Assembly: GCA_964361705.1 (NCBI GenBank)
Contig: CAYIBP010000004.1
Coordinates: 1-59,998 of the forward strand
DNA length: 59,998 nt
Origin: an uncultured Candidatus Saccharibacteria bacterium
GTDB lineage: Bacteria; Patescibacteriota; Minisyncoccia; Phycocordibacterales; UBA9973
Direction: 5' to 3'
Both the position numbers and the translations under genes were made by a program. Under the pieces are notes generated by a model. It was not told where the DNA came from and did no database searches. It worked only from the letters and a program-made list of their open reading frames with translations. Shown here one piece after another: positions 35,944 to 44,867 of the stretch (position 1 is its first letter; every line of letters starts with the position of its first letter).

Positions 35944-37683
35944 ATGGAAATAAATTTTAAAATAAAAAATCTAATAAAAGAGGCGTTAAAAAATCTCGGC
36001 TTGGGAGAAGTGGATTTTGTGGTTGAACATCCAGCAGATTTGAAAATGGGGGATTATTCTACAAATGTGGCTATGGTTTTGGCGAAAGCTCAAAAGACAA
36101 ATCCAAAAGAATTGGCAGAAAAAATACTGCAGGAGATGTCAAAGAGTCTCTTTGACACTGATTCTGACATAGAGAGGGTGGTGTCCGCAGGAAATGGATT
36201 TATAAATTTCTATCTTTCGAAAGAATTTTTGCAAAATAGTGTTATCGCGATAGTGGATACAAAAAATCACAATGAAAATTTTGGACACAATGAAATTTTT
36301 GCCGGTAAAAAAGTGATGGTGGAATACACTGATCCGAATCCTTTCAAACCTTTTCACATAGGACACTTGATGACGAATGTTATAGGCGAATCCGTTTCCA
36401 GGTTTATAGCTTTTTCTGGGGGTGAAGTTTTACATGCAAATTATCAGGGAGATGTGGGGCTTCATGTAGCGAAAGCTATTTATGGACTTTTGAAAAAAGG
36501 AAAGCCAGAAAATGATCTTTCAATAAAAGAACAAGCAGAATATATAGGCAAATGTTATTCTTTTGGTTCGGGTGAATATGAAGAAAATGAAGGAGCGAAG
36601 AAAGAAATAGACGCAATAAATAAAAAAGTCTATGAAAAAAATGACGAGAGGATAAACGAACTTTATGATTGGGGGCGCAGGATTACACTTGAAGCTTTTG
36701 AAAAGATTTACGAGATGCTCGGCACAAAATTTGAATATTATTTTTTTGAATCAGAAATGGCGCCGATAGGCATGAAGATGGTAAAGGAAAATATCGGTAA
36801 AGTATTTGAAGAATCCGATGGCGCGATAGTTTTTAAAGCGGAAAAACATGATCCAAAACTTCATACTCGTGTATTTATAAACTCCCAAGGTTTGCCTACA
36901 TACGAGACAAAAGACATCGGACTAAATATTACAAAGTTTGAAAAAGAAAATCTTGATTTGTCTGTCATCGTCACTGCCAGTGAACAAGCCGACTATATGC
37001 GCGTGGTACAAAAAGCTCTGTCGTTTATCAAGCCTGAAGTAGAAAATAAGATGAGGCACATCACTCACGGAATGCTCCGTTTTGCCTCTGGCAAGATGAG
37101 TTCGCGTAAAGGCAATGTGGTGACTGGTGAGTCATTGATAAATGATGTCAGGCACATGGTGTATGAAAAGATTCGAGATAGAGGTTTTTCGGAAGATGAA
37201 AAGGAAAAGATCGCGACAGATGTCGGCGTGTCAGCCCTAAAGTTTTCCGTTTTAAAGCAAGCTTCCGGCGGAGACATTGTTTACGATTTTGATAAATCAA
37301 TATCTTTTGAAGGCGATTCAGGCCCGTATTTGCAATATGCTTACACGCGAGCGAAAGCAGTTTTTAAAAAAGCGCAGGCAGGAAATTTTGAAGCTAAGCT
37401 TCAAAATTTCCTGCCTGCCGAATTTCCAATAACTGAAGTAGAAAAACTTTTATACAGATTCCCCGAAGTGGTAGAAAGGAGCGCCAAAGAATTTGAACCT
37501 CACTATATGACGAATTATTTGATAGAGATAGCTCGCGCATTTAATTCATTTTATGGAAACAACAAAATAATAGATGAAAAAGATGCGAACTCTCCATACA
37601 AAGTCGCCATCTGCGAGGCATTTTCCGTAGTTATGAAAAACGGCCTCCATCTCCTCGGCATCTCTACGCCGGAGAAGATGTAG
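35944..37683 (+). CDS. argS: Arginine--tRNA ligase
   Basis: GDYSTN, EYTDPNPFKPFHIGH, ANYQGDVG, KMSSRKG and GPYLQYAYTR. Confidence 0.97.
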   Translation: MEINFKIKNLIKEALKNLGLGEVDFVVEHPADLKMGDYSTNVAMVLAKAQKTNPKELAEKILQEMSKSLFDTDSDIERVVSAGNGFINFYLSKEFLQNSVIAIVDTKNHNENFGHNEIFAGKKVMVEYTDPNPFKPFHIGHLMTNVIGESVSRFIAFSGGEVLHANYQGDVGLHVAKAIYGLLKKGKPENDLSIKEQAEYIGKCYSFGSGEYEENEGAKKEIDAINKKVYEKNDERINELYDWGRRITLEAFEKIYEMLGTKFEYYFFESEMAPIGMKMVKENIGKVFEESDGAIVFKAEKHDPKLHTRVFINSQGLPTYETKDIGLNITKFEKENLDLSVIVTASEQADYMRVVQKALSFIKPEVENKMRHITHGMLRFASGKMSSRKGNVVTGESLINDVRHMVYEKIRDRGFSEDEKEKIATDVGVSALKFSVLKQASGGDIVYDFDKSISFEGDSGPYLQYAYTRAKAVFKKAQAGNFEAKLQNFLPAEFPITEVEKLLYRFPEVVERSAKEFEPHYMTNYLIEIARAFNSFYGNNKIIDEKDANSPYKVAICEAFSVVMKNGLHLLGISTPEKM

Positions 37684-37717
37684 CTTTTTTGGTTTATTTT
37701 TGTTACATTGTTAATGT

Positions 37718-37948
37718 ATGAAAACACCGATGAGGCAGTTTACAGCATTATATAAGAAATCCGGCAGATGGTATGCTGGTTCTATTGAAGAGATTCCAGG
37801 GGTTAATACTCAGGGCAGGACATTAGCTGAAGTTAAAGAAAATCTCAAAGAAGCGCTTCTGCTTATTTTAGAAACCAATCGTTTTTTAGCCAACAAAGAC
37901 AAGAACACTTCATCTGTTACTAGGGAAGTTCTTTTTGTTCCGGCGTAG
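37718..37948 (+). CDS. hicB: HicB family antitoxin (short form)
   Basis: Y.G...EIPGVNTQG.TL.E..ENL.EAL.L pattern. Confidence 0.85.
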   Translation: MKTPMRQFTALYKKSGRWYAGSIEEIPGVNTQGRTLAEVKENLKEALLLILETNRFLANKDKNTSSVTREVLFVPA

Positions 37949-37952
37949 ACCT

Positions 37953-38147
37953 ATGAAACTTGTAGACCTGCTTAAACACCTTCGCAATAATAATTGTATT
38001 TTTGTGAGGGAGGGTGGTTCACATAGTGTCTGGTATAACACGATAACTGGCAGGACTTCTACCGTGCCAAGGCATATTGAAATAAATACTTATACTGGAA
38101 GAAAGATTTGTGAAGATTTGGGAATTCCAATAATCAAAAAGAAATAA
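37953..38147 (+). CDS. hicA: HicA family toxin
   Basis: VREGGSHSVWYN...TVPRH...T...IC..LG dsRBD-like HicA motif. Confidence 0.88.
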   Translation: MKLVDLLKHLRNNNCIFVREGGSHSVWYNTITGRTSTVPRHIEINTYTGRKICEDLGIPIIKKK

Positions 38148-38221
38148 AATCTCCGCTCCGGAGAGGATGTAGCGCCAAAATTTAGGGTGTTAAAACTCCA
38201 GAAATATGGTATAATTAGCTT

Positions 38222-38770
38222 ATGAAAAATGTTGATGAAATCAGCAAAGAGCGAGCCCTGAAACTTTTTGGTAGCTCTGAAATTGAGGTTTTTGAAGTTG
38301 GCACCACGAGGGGTTTGCAACAAATTCATGTCTATCTTTTTGATGGCCTTTATGATTTTGCCGGAGAAATTCGCAAAAAAGATTTAAGCAAAGGTGGTTT
38401 TCGTTTTGCATCTCATTTGTATTTGACTGAAAGTTTGGCGAAGGTGGAGAAAATGCCGGAGGATACATTTGAGGAAATTGTGGCTAAATATGTAGAGATG
38501 AATATAGTACATCCATTTATGGAGGGTAATGGTCGCAGTATGCGGATTTGGCTGGATTTGATTTTGAAAAAAAATCTGAAAAAATGTGTGGACTGGGCGA
38601 AGGTTGATAAAATGGATTATCTGAATGCTATGGGGCGTAGTCCAATAAATGATTTAGAAATTCGTGAGCTTTTGCGTGGCGCTTTGACTGATAAGACAGA
38701 CGATCGTGAAGTTTTTATGAAAGGCATTGAACAATCATACTATTACGAAGAAGTTGATTTGTATAAATGA
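38222..38770 (+). CDS. fic: Fic family protein adenylyltransferase, class III (self-inhibited)
   Basis: Canonical [12 protein letters not shown] motif and C-terminal [10 protein letters not shown] inhibitory-helix-like motif. Confidence 0.9.
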   Translation: MKNVDEISKERALKLFGSSEIEVFEVGTTRGLQQIHVYLFDGLYDFAGEIRKKDLSKGGFRFASHLYLTESLAKVEKMPEDTFEEIVAKYVEMNIVHPFMEGNGRSMRIWLDLILKKNLKKCVDWAKVDKMDYLNAMGRSPINDLEIRELLRGALTDKTDDREVFMKGIEQSYYYEEVDLYK

Positions 38771-38815
38771 AATTGAAGCAGAAAATTCAATATTTAGTAT
38801 TGGGTGTACGAAAAC

Positions 38816-38844
38816 TTGACAAGACATTCTCTGTATGCTATACT
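38816..38844 (+). promoter_or_regulatory. Strong sigma70 promoter
   Basis: TTGACA, 17 bp, TGc-TATACT. Confidence 0.8.
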
Positions 38845-38974
38845 ATAAAAGTAAGTTAATTTTGTACCTTAAAAATTGTGGTTTTGACGAAAAAGTGTTT
38901 ATTTGTAAGGTTAAATGAATCTTTTTTCGTCTAAATCACACAGTTTCTTATCACATAACTCCAAAGGAGGAGCT

Positions 38975-39112
38975 ATGGGTTTTATCGTTGGAGTACTGGC
39001 ATTCCTTACGGTTTCGTATCTTTTCCCTGAAGCTCATCTTCTCCTTCGTTGCTTGGGGGGGCTTGGGCTTGGAGCCGTAGTAACTATTGCTGTGAAAGAA
39101 TTTCAAAAGTAA
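38975..39112 (+). CDS. Small hydrophobic protein (45 aa, two predicted TM segments)
   Basis: AAAGGAGGAGCT-ATG start, its own promoter and terminator, and higher GC than the flanks. Confidence 0.65.
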   Translation: MGFIVGVLAFLTVSYLFPEAHLLLRCLGGLGLGAVVTIAVKEFQK

Positions 39113-39132
39113 GAATATTCTTTCACAATTTG

Positions 39133-39174
39133 CAGCCCATGATTGATCAGAAATGATTGGTCGTGGGCTGTTGT
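39133..39174 (+). terminator. Terminator-like RNA hairpin
   Basis: 17-bp stem with four G-U pairs and a GAAA loop, followed by TTGT-ATTT. Confidence 0.65.
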
Positions 39175-39200
39175 ATTTATAGGAGGAATTTTTCTAGTTT

Positions 39201-40187
39201 ACTTTGAATTACGAAACTCCACAAGACCACTTTTCCCCAACCAAGCAAAATAACCTCAAGAGTCCTTGATTTTTAAAACGGAAGTTTAATTTTTCTTGTT
39301 AACAACTTTCTCTACCTAAGCACATAGGCGAGAATCGAATAAATGTAATTAGCAAAGTAACCATCAATAGATCTGGGAAACGAGGTTAGAAAAGCGTACA
39401 GCATTTTCAGATTTCTGAAGTTCAACTCAATCAGCATTCTGGTATTGTAGAGATGATACTGGAACTCAGTAATGATTTTCTTCATATTCTTTCTTGGCTT
39501 AGCAAACAGAATTCTTTTGTTTTCAATGTAGAATTCTTTTTCTAAATTTTCTGAAGAATATCCTGCGTCAGCCACAAATATACCATCAATATTTTTGTTC
39601 ATCTTCTGGAATGTTTTTCGATCATTCCCATTTGCAGAAGTAAATGAAATAGCTAAAACATTGCGATTTAAATCAGAGGTCAATGACATTTTAAGCCCAT
39701 AATAGAAGCCTTTTCCTGAATGTCCCCAAGAAGAGAGCATTTTCATAATTTTGTTGTGTCTGAAATTTTTGTTCAGACAAACCGGAATATCGGTGGAGTC
39801 GGTGTATTTAACTATATGAGCATTTTTCTGATTCCATTTTAGAATTGCGTTTAAGACCCTAAGCGCTTGCAATGCAAATCGATTCATCTGAATACAAAGT
39901 GTCTTGTAACATTCCTTAAGTTGGAATATCTCCCAGATTTTTTTCTTGGTGGGGATGCCAGTATTTTGTTTGAAGAGAGCGAGCGCGATTGTTTCTTCTC
40001 CAGAGATTGCCAATTTTCGACCAGTGCTTTTGCTTAATTTCAGTTGTAATTGTTTTGAGAAAAATTGAACTTTTGTTAATATGTCAGTATACAGTTGAAT
40101 GACTGTGTTCATAACAAAAAGCACCTCACGGCGCTTTTTGTATTTTAACCTATTTTAATTGAAAAGTGGAGTTTCGTAATTCAAAGT
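39201..40187 (-). mobile_element. Insertion sequence, IS982-like (987 bp)
   Basis: Perfect 22-bp terminal IRs ACTTTGAATTACGAAACTCCAC (39201-39222 and 40166-40187). Flanking direct repeat AGTTT, or TAGTTTA if the ends are drawn 1 bp inward. Confidence 0.88.
39312..40112 (-). CDS. DDE transposase, IS982-like
   Basis: DSTDIPVC, G.YYGLK, ADAGY and Y..R..IE..F..LK motifs; GAGGTG upstream of ATG 40112. Confidence 0.85.
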   Translation of the reverse strand: MNTVIQLYTDILTKVQFFSKQLQLKLSKSTGRKLAISGEETIALALFKQNTGIPTKKKIWEIFQLKECYKTLCIQMNRFALQALRVLNAILKWNQKNAHIVKYTDSTDIPVCLNKNFRHNKIMKMLSSWGHSGKGFYYGLKMSLTSDLNRNVLAISFTSANGNDRKTFQKMNKNIDGIFVADAGYSSENLEKEFYIENKRILFAKPRKNMKKIITEFQYHLYNTRMLIELNFRNLKMLYAFLTSFPRSIDGYFANYIYSILAYVLR

Positions 40188-40225
40188 AGTTTACTTTTCC
40201 ATATTTTTTAGTATTATATAAACAT

Positions 40226-40445
40226 AAGCGTTGAAGAGGCTATCACCTCAGAGCTTTTGGGAAGAAATACTTTGTTGATATAGCCCGCCTGCGCGCGAGG
40301 CTACGGCGAGGTAAAGTAGAACCCTATGAATTAAGTGTCTGCCCAGCGCAAGTTGGTTTGGGCGGAAATTAAGGTGGTACCGCGGGAGAGTCCCGTCCTT
40401 AGATAGTAATTTTTTAATTATTATTTTAGGACGGGATTTTTTATT
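40226..40445 (+). ncRNA. T-box riboswitch leader of ileS (Ile AUC specifier)
   Basis: GAGG-CUAUCA-CCUC mini stem I; GGAAGAA/AGUAGAACC stem II elements; AAGG-UGGUACC-GCGGGA antiterminator (40371-40400); alternative terminator at 40391-40436 plus U-run. Confidence 0.9.
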
Positions 40446-40523
40446 TATCAATTTGACCTTTCCCCTCTCCTTTGGGGAGGGGAAAGGGGTGGGGTGTATT
40501 GTAAGGAATATATTTTAAAACAC

Positions 40524-43500
40524 ATGCAAGAAAAAGAAGAAAACCACCGCCAAGGCGGGGTGAACACAAAATCAGAAGTAGCTCTGAGGGAAGAAAAGAT
40601 TATGTATTTTTGGCGCGAGCATAAGACTTTTGAAAAAAGTTTGGAAAAGGATTCGCCAAAGGGCAATTATGTTTTTTATGATGGACCGCCTTTTGCCACG
40701 GGACAGATGCATTATGGGCATATATTGGGCAGTACTGCCAAGGATGTCATCGGGCGGTATCAGACGATGCGTGGATATCATGTGCCTCGCAAGTGGGGTT
40801 GGGATTGTCATGGTTTGCCGATAGAAAATATTGTAGAGAAAGAGCTCGGCATCGCAGGACACAATGAGATAGAAAAATACGGCATAGACAAATTCGTGGA
40901 GTATGCGCGGAGCAAAGTTTTGGAATACGATGCGGATTGGCGAGTGGGCATAGAGCGCATAGGCAGATGGGTAGATTTTGATGGTGGGTACAAGACGATG
41001 GACAATGATTTCATTGAGTCTGTGTGGTGGGCGCTCGCGGAATTAAATAAAAAAGGTTTGATATACGAGGGCGTGCGAGTGCTGGCGTATTGCGCGAGAT
41101 GCGAGACGCCGATAGCAAACTCCGAAATAGCGATGGACAACAGCTACAAAGACATCGCTGATATTTCTGTGTATGTGAAGTTTGAGTTGGAAGATGAGTT
41201 TGGTACAGAAAGTCCCTCGCTTCGCTCGGGACGATCAAATACTTCGTATTTGATCGCGTGGACCACAACGCCGTGGACATTGCCGGGCAATACTGCCATA
41301 GCGGTGAATAAAGATATTGAATATGTGAAAGTGGAAGCTGATGGGGTGAATTATATTTTGGCAGAAGCAACATTAGGAAATGTTTTTAAAGAAAAAAGTT
41401 TCAAAATTTTGGAAAAATTCAAAGGTGATAAACTTGTCGGCAGAAAATACAAGCCGGTTTTTCCATATTATCTGGATGCCGACATGCCGAACAAAGAAAA
41501 TATTTACAAAGTCTGGCATGCGGATTTTGTGACGACAGATATGGGTACAGGGATAGCGCACGAGGCGCCGGCTTTTGGCGAAGACGATATGAACCTCGCT
41601 CGAGAACACAAAATACCTTGGATCATACATGTGGACGAGACGGGCAGATTTAAAAGCGAAGTAAAAGATTTCTCAGGTCTCAAAGTAAAACCAAAGGACA
41701 CTGCTGAAGACAAAGACATGCATCTGCGCTCTGATATAGAGGTCATAAAATATTTACAGGCAAATGGATCGTATTTTGCCAAAGAAAAAATAACACACTC
41801 ATATCCGCATTGTATGCGTTGTGATACGCCGATCATTTACTACGCGCTTCCGTCTTGGTTTGTGGATATACAAAAATCAAAACCGATAGTGCAAAAAACT
41901 GCCGAATTTATAAATTGGGTACCGGAGCACTTGAAAGAGGGCAGATATAAAAATATTGTAGATAGCGCGCCAGACTGGAATATCTCGCGCAATAGATATT
42001 GGGCTTCGCCTTTGCCTGTGTGGAAGTGTGACACTTGCGACAATCAAGAATTTATAAGCTCTCTGGAAGACTTAAAAGAAAAATCCGTAAAATCCGGCAA
42101 CAAATATTTCGTGATGCGACATGGGGAATCTGAAGGAAATATAACAGGCGTAATTAGTTCATACTCTGAGCACACAGATCATTTAACAGAATTGGGCAAG
42201 AAACAAGTATTTGAAACATCGCAAAAGTTAAAAGATAAAAATATAAATTTGATTATTTATTCTGATTTGGCTCGAACAAGAGAAACCGCCGAGATAATAA
42301 AAAAGGAACTCGGTATTCTGGATGAGAATTTTATTTCAACTAAAAAAATTAGGGAAATTTCCACTGGAGTTTGGGACGGAAAAAGATGGACTGAATATGT
42401 TGCTTTTATAAAGAACGAGGGAATGCAGAGGTATCTTTATCGCCCAGACAATGGTGAATCGGGAGAAGATGTAAAAGCCAGGATGGCTAGGTTTCTTTAT
42501 GAAATAGATAGCGAATATAGAGATAAAAATATTCTGATAATAACTCACGAAGGTCCAGCTAGGATACTTTATGTAGGTGCTCTCGGTTTGAGCTCTTCTC
42601 AAATGGAGGAGAAATTAAATAATAAAGAGATAATCGTTTTTAAAAATGCGGAAGTTAATGGGTTGAATTTTGTCCCATTTCCCCACAATGCAAACTTTGA
42701 GCTTGATATGCACAGGCCATATATAGACGCTGTAAAATTAAAATGTAAATGCGGTGGTGAGATGACGCGTATCACGGAGGTTTTGGATTGTTGGTTTGAG
42801 TCAGGGTCTATGACTTTTGCGGAGGATCATTATCCTTTTGAGAGTGCTGACTGGCAAGAAAAGAATTTCCCAGCTGGATTCGTGGCGGAATACATAGCGC
42901 AGACTCGTACGTGGTTTTATTATATGCATGTTGTTTCGGCTCTGCTTTTCAATCACGCGCCGTTTAAAAATGTCGTGACCACAGGCACCCTTCGCGCTGA
43001 AGACGGACAAAAGATGTCCAAGTCCAAGCACAATTATCCTGATCCGTGGGTTTTCATAGACAAATACGGCGTGGATGCTTTGCGTATATATCTGATGTCT
43101 TCACCACTGATGAAAGGCGAAGATGCGAATTTCTCTGAAAAGCTCGTGCAGGAAATATCTAGTAAGATTGTCGGCAGATTTCACAACACGATGCTTTTTT
43201 ATGAATTGTATCGAGATAAAAATCTAGAAGATGTTTTTGAAAAAGATTTAAAAAATGTTTTGAACAAATGGATAGTCGGCAGACTCGATGAAGTGATAAC
43301 AGAAGTGACAAAAGGCATGGAAGCGTACGATATGGCGATGGCTACTAGGCCGCTTGATCTGTTTGTGGACGATCTCTCTACTTGGTATTTGCGTAGATCA
43401 CGTGATGCCATCAAAGATGGTGATAAAGAAACAAAACAAACACTGTATTTCGTACTAAAAACTTTTGCCAGACTGATGGCTCCATTTGCGCCGTTTATAG

Positions 43501-44078
43501 CAGAAGAAGTTTGGAGAAATTTGCGCGGAGATACGGATGAGGAGAGCGTGCATTTGGTAGAATGGCCAGAGGCAGGTTCTCTCGTGTCAGATAAAAATAA
43601 AATAACGCAAGATATGGCAGATGCTAGGCGCATTGTGTCGCTAGGGCTTGAAGCTCGACAGAGAACGAATATAAAAGTCCGTCAGCCATTGTCAAAAATA
43701 AGCGTAAAGACGTATTCGCTCTCGCGAGAATACGAAGAACTTATAAAAGACGAGTTGAATGTCAAAGAATTAAAAGAAGATAAAAATTTGGAAAATGAAG
43801 TCCTGCTCGATACAGATATAACAGAAGAATTAAAACAAGAAGGCGACTATCGCGAGCTCTTGCGCGGTCTGCAAGATTTGCGAAAGAAACTCGGACTCAC
43901 ACCGAAAGACCTCGTCACCTTGTCCCTAGAATGCGATGATGCTGGTAAAAGACTTGTCTCAAAATACGAAGAGAATTTATTGAAAACTGTGCTTGTCTCA
44001 AAAGTAACTTACGAGAAAAATAACGGCGAAGAAATTCTCGTCGGCGAATTATCTTTTAAGGTGAAGATGGAGAAATAA
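40524..44078 (+). CDS. ileS: Isoleucine--tRNA ligase (type 2) with inserted histidine-phosphatase domain
   Basis: FYDGPPFATG.MHYGH, GWDCHGLP, WTTTPWTLPGN, DWNISRNRYW and KMSKS; insert with RHGE...SDLARTRETA...THEG. Confidence 0.95.
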   Translation: MQEKEENHRQGGVNTKSEVALREEKIMYFWREHKTFEKSLEKDSPKGNYVFYDGPPFATGQMHYGHILGSTAKDVIGRYQTMRGYHVPRKWGWDCHGLPIENIVEKELGIAGHNEIEKYGIDKFVEYARSKVLEYDADWRVGIERIGRWVDFDGGYKTMDNDFIESVWWALAELNKKGLIYEGVRVLAYCARCETPIANSEIAMDNSYKDIADISVYVKFELEDEFGTESPSLRSGRSNTSYLIAWTTTPWTLPGNTAIAVNKDIEYVKVEADGVNYILAEATLGNVFKEKSFKILEKFKGDKLVGRKYKPVFPYYLDADMPNKENIYKVWHADFVTTDMGTGIAHEAPAFGEDDMNLAREHKIPWIIHVDETGRFKSEVKDFSGLKVKPKDTAEDKDMHLRSDIEVIKYLQANGSYFAKEKITHSYPHCMRCDTPIIYYALPSWFVDIQKSKPIVQKTAEFINWVPEHLKEGRYKNIVDSAPDWNISRNRYWASPLPVWKCDTCDNQEFISSLEDLKEKSVKSGNKYFVMRHGESEGNITGVISSYSEHTDHLTELGKKQVFETSQKLKDKNINLIIYSDLARTRETAEIIKKELGILDENFISTKKIREISTGVWDGKRWTEYVAFIKNEGMQRYLYRPDNGESGEDVKARMARFLYEIDSEYRDKNILIITHEGPARILYVGALGLSSSQMEEKLNNKEIIVFKNAEVNGLNFVPFPHNANFELDMHRPYIDAVKLKCKCGGEMTRITEVLDCWFESGSMTFAEDHYPFESADWQEKNFPAGFVAEYIAQTRTWFYYMHVVSALLFNHAPFKNVVTTGTLRAEDGQKMSKSKHNYPDPWVFIDKYGVDALRIYLMSSPLMKGEDANFSEKLVQEISSKIVGRFHNTMLFYELYRDKNLEDVFEKDLKNVLNKWIVGRLDEVITEVTKGMEAYDMAMATRPLDLFVDDLSTWYLRRSRDAIKDGDKETKQTLYFVLKTFARLMAPFAPFIAEEVWRNLRGDTDEESVHLVEWPEAGSLVSDKNKITQDMADARRIVSLGLEARQRTNIKVRQPLSKISVKTYSLSREYEELIKDELNVKELKEDKNLENEVLLDTDITEELKQEGDYRELLRGLQDLRKKLGLTPKDLVTLSLECDDAGKRLVSKYEENLLKTVLVSKVTYEKNNGEEILVGELSFKVKMEK

Positions 44079-44163
44079 AGTCTCTAAAGGATGCAAAGGC
44101 AGAACTATACAAATCTAGACTATAAGATAGACACGGCCGTATCTATATGATAGCATCATGTTT

Positions 44164-44724
44164 ATGAGAACAATTGATAAAGAGTCGGTTTCAGGTAAAA
44201 TAATCAGAGCATTGGGATATGGTATAGGTATAGCTGTGGCGCTTTCTAATAGAAGGACGAGTTATCGATTGAGTAAGGAAATTTTAAAAAAGTCCTTTAA
44301 CCTAAATGAGAAACCCAAGAATCTTTCGCAGTATTTCTTAAAGTTAAGAAAACAAAAGTTGATAACTCTCAAAAGAGAGGGGGATTTTCATAAAATAATT
44401 CTCACCGAAAGTGGTAGAGAATTGTTTTTGAGATTTAATTATAATGAATTGAAAATAAAAAATCCCAAAATTTGGGATAGACTTTTTCGAGTCATAGTAT
44501 TTGATGTGCCGGAAACTAAAAGACAAGCCAGGGATGCCCTCAGAGAAAAAATAAAAGAATTAGGATTCGTAAAATTCAATGACAGTGTCTGGGTGTATCC
44601 TTATCCATGCCAAAAAGAAATAGATTTTATTGCAAACTACTGGAGGATAGGGAAATTCGTACATTTTATTTTAGCTAAAGATATAACCAATAGGGAACTT
44701 CTAGAAAAAGCTTTTAATCTGTGA
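44164..44724 (+). CDS. wHTH plus PaaX-C/Cas2-like ferredoxin-fold protein, probable transcriptional regulator
   Basis: WD..FRVIVFDVPE..R..RD.LR...KELGF...N.SVWV domain preceded by a wing motif (LTESG). No cas genes or array nearby. Confidence 0.75.
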   Translation: MRTIDKESVSGKIIRALGYGIGIAVALSNRRTSYRLSKEILKKSFNLNEKPKNLSQYFLKLRKQKLITLKREGDFHKIILTESGRELFLRFNYNELKIKNPKIWDRLFRVIVFDVPETKRQARDALREKIKELGFVKFNDSVWVYPYPCQKEIDFIANYWRIGKFVHFILAKDITNRELLEKAFNL

Positions 44725-44867
44725 TTCCTACCTTCCTTAATTTTTCATAGTATTATAATGTTATGTTTATCCCGCGGACGTGGGAAAGACATAGTAATAA
44801 TGTGTATTGTATGTTTTAACTTTAATACAATCTTCAGACTCTGATGAATGTGTTAAAATATCTAAAT

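Noticed and set aside
44164-44724. CRISPR-Cas locus suggested by the Cas2-like domain
   Set aside because: No cas1, effector genes or repeat-spacer array anywhere in the window; the protein has a wHTH and fits a stand-alone regulator.
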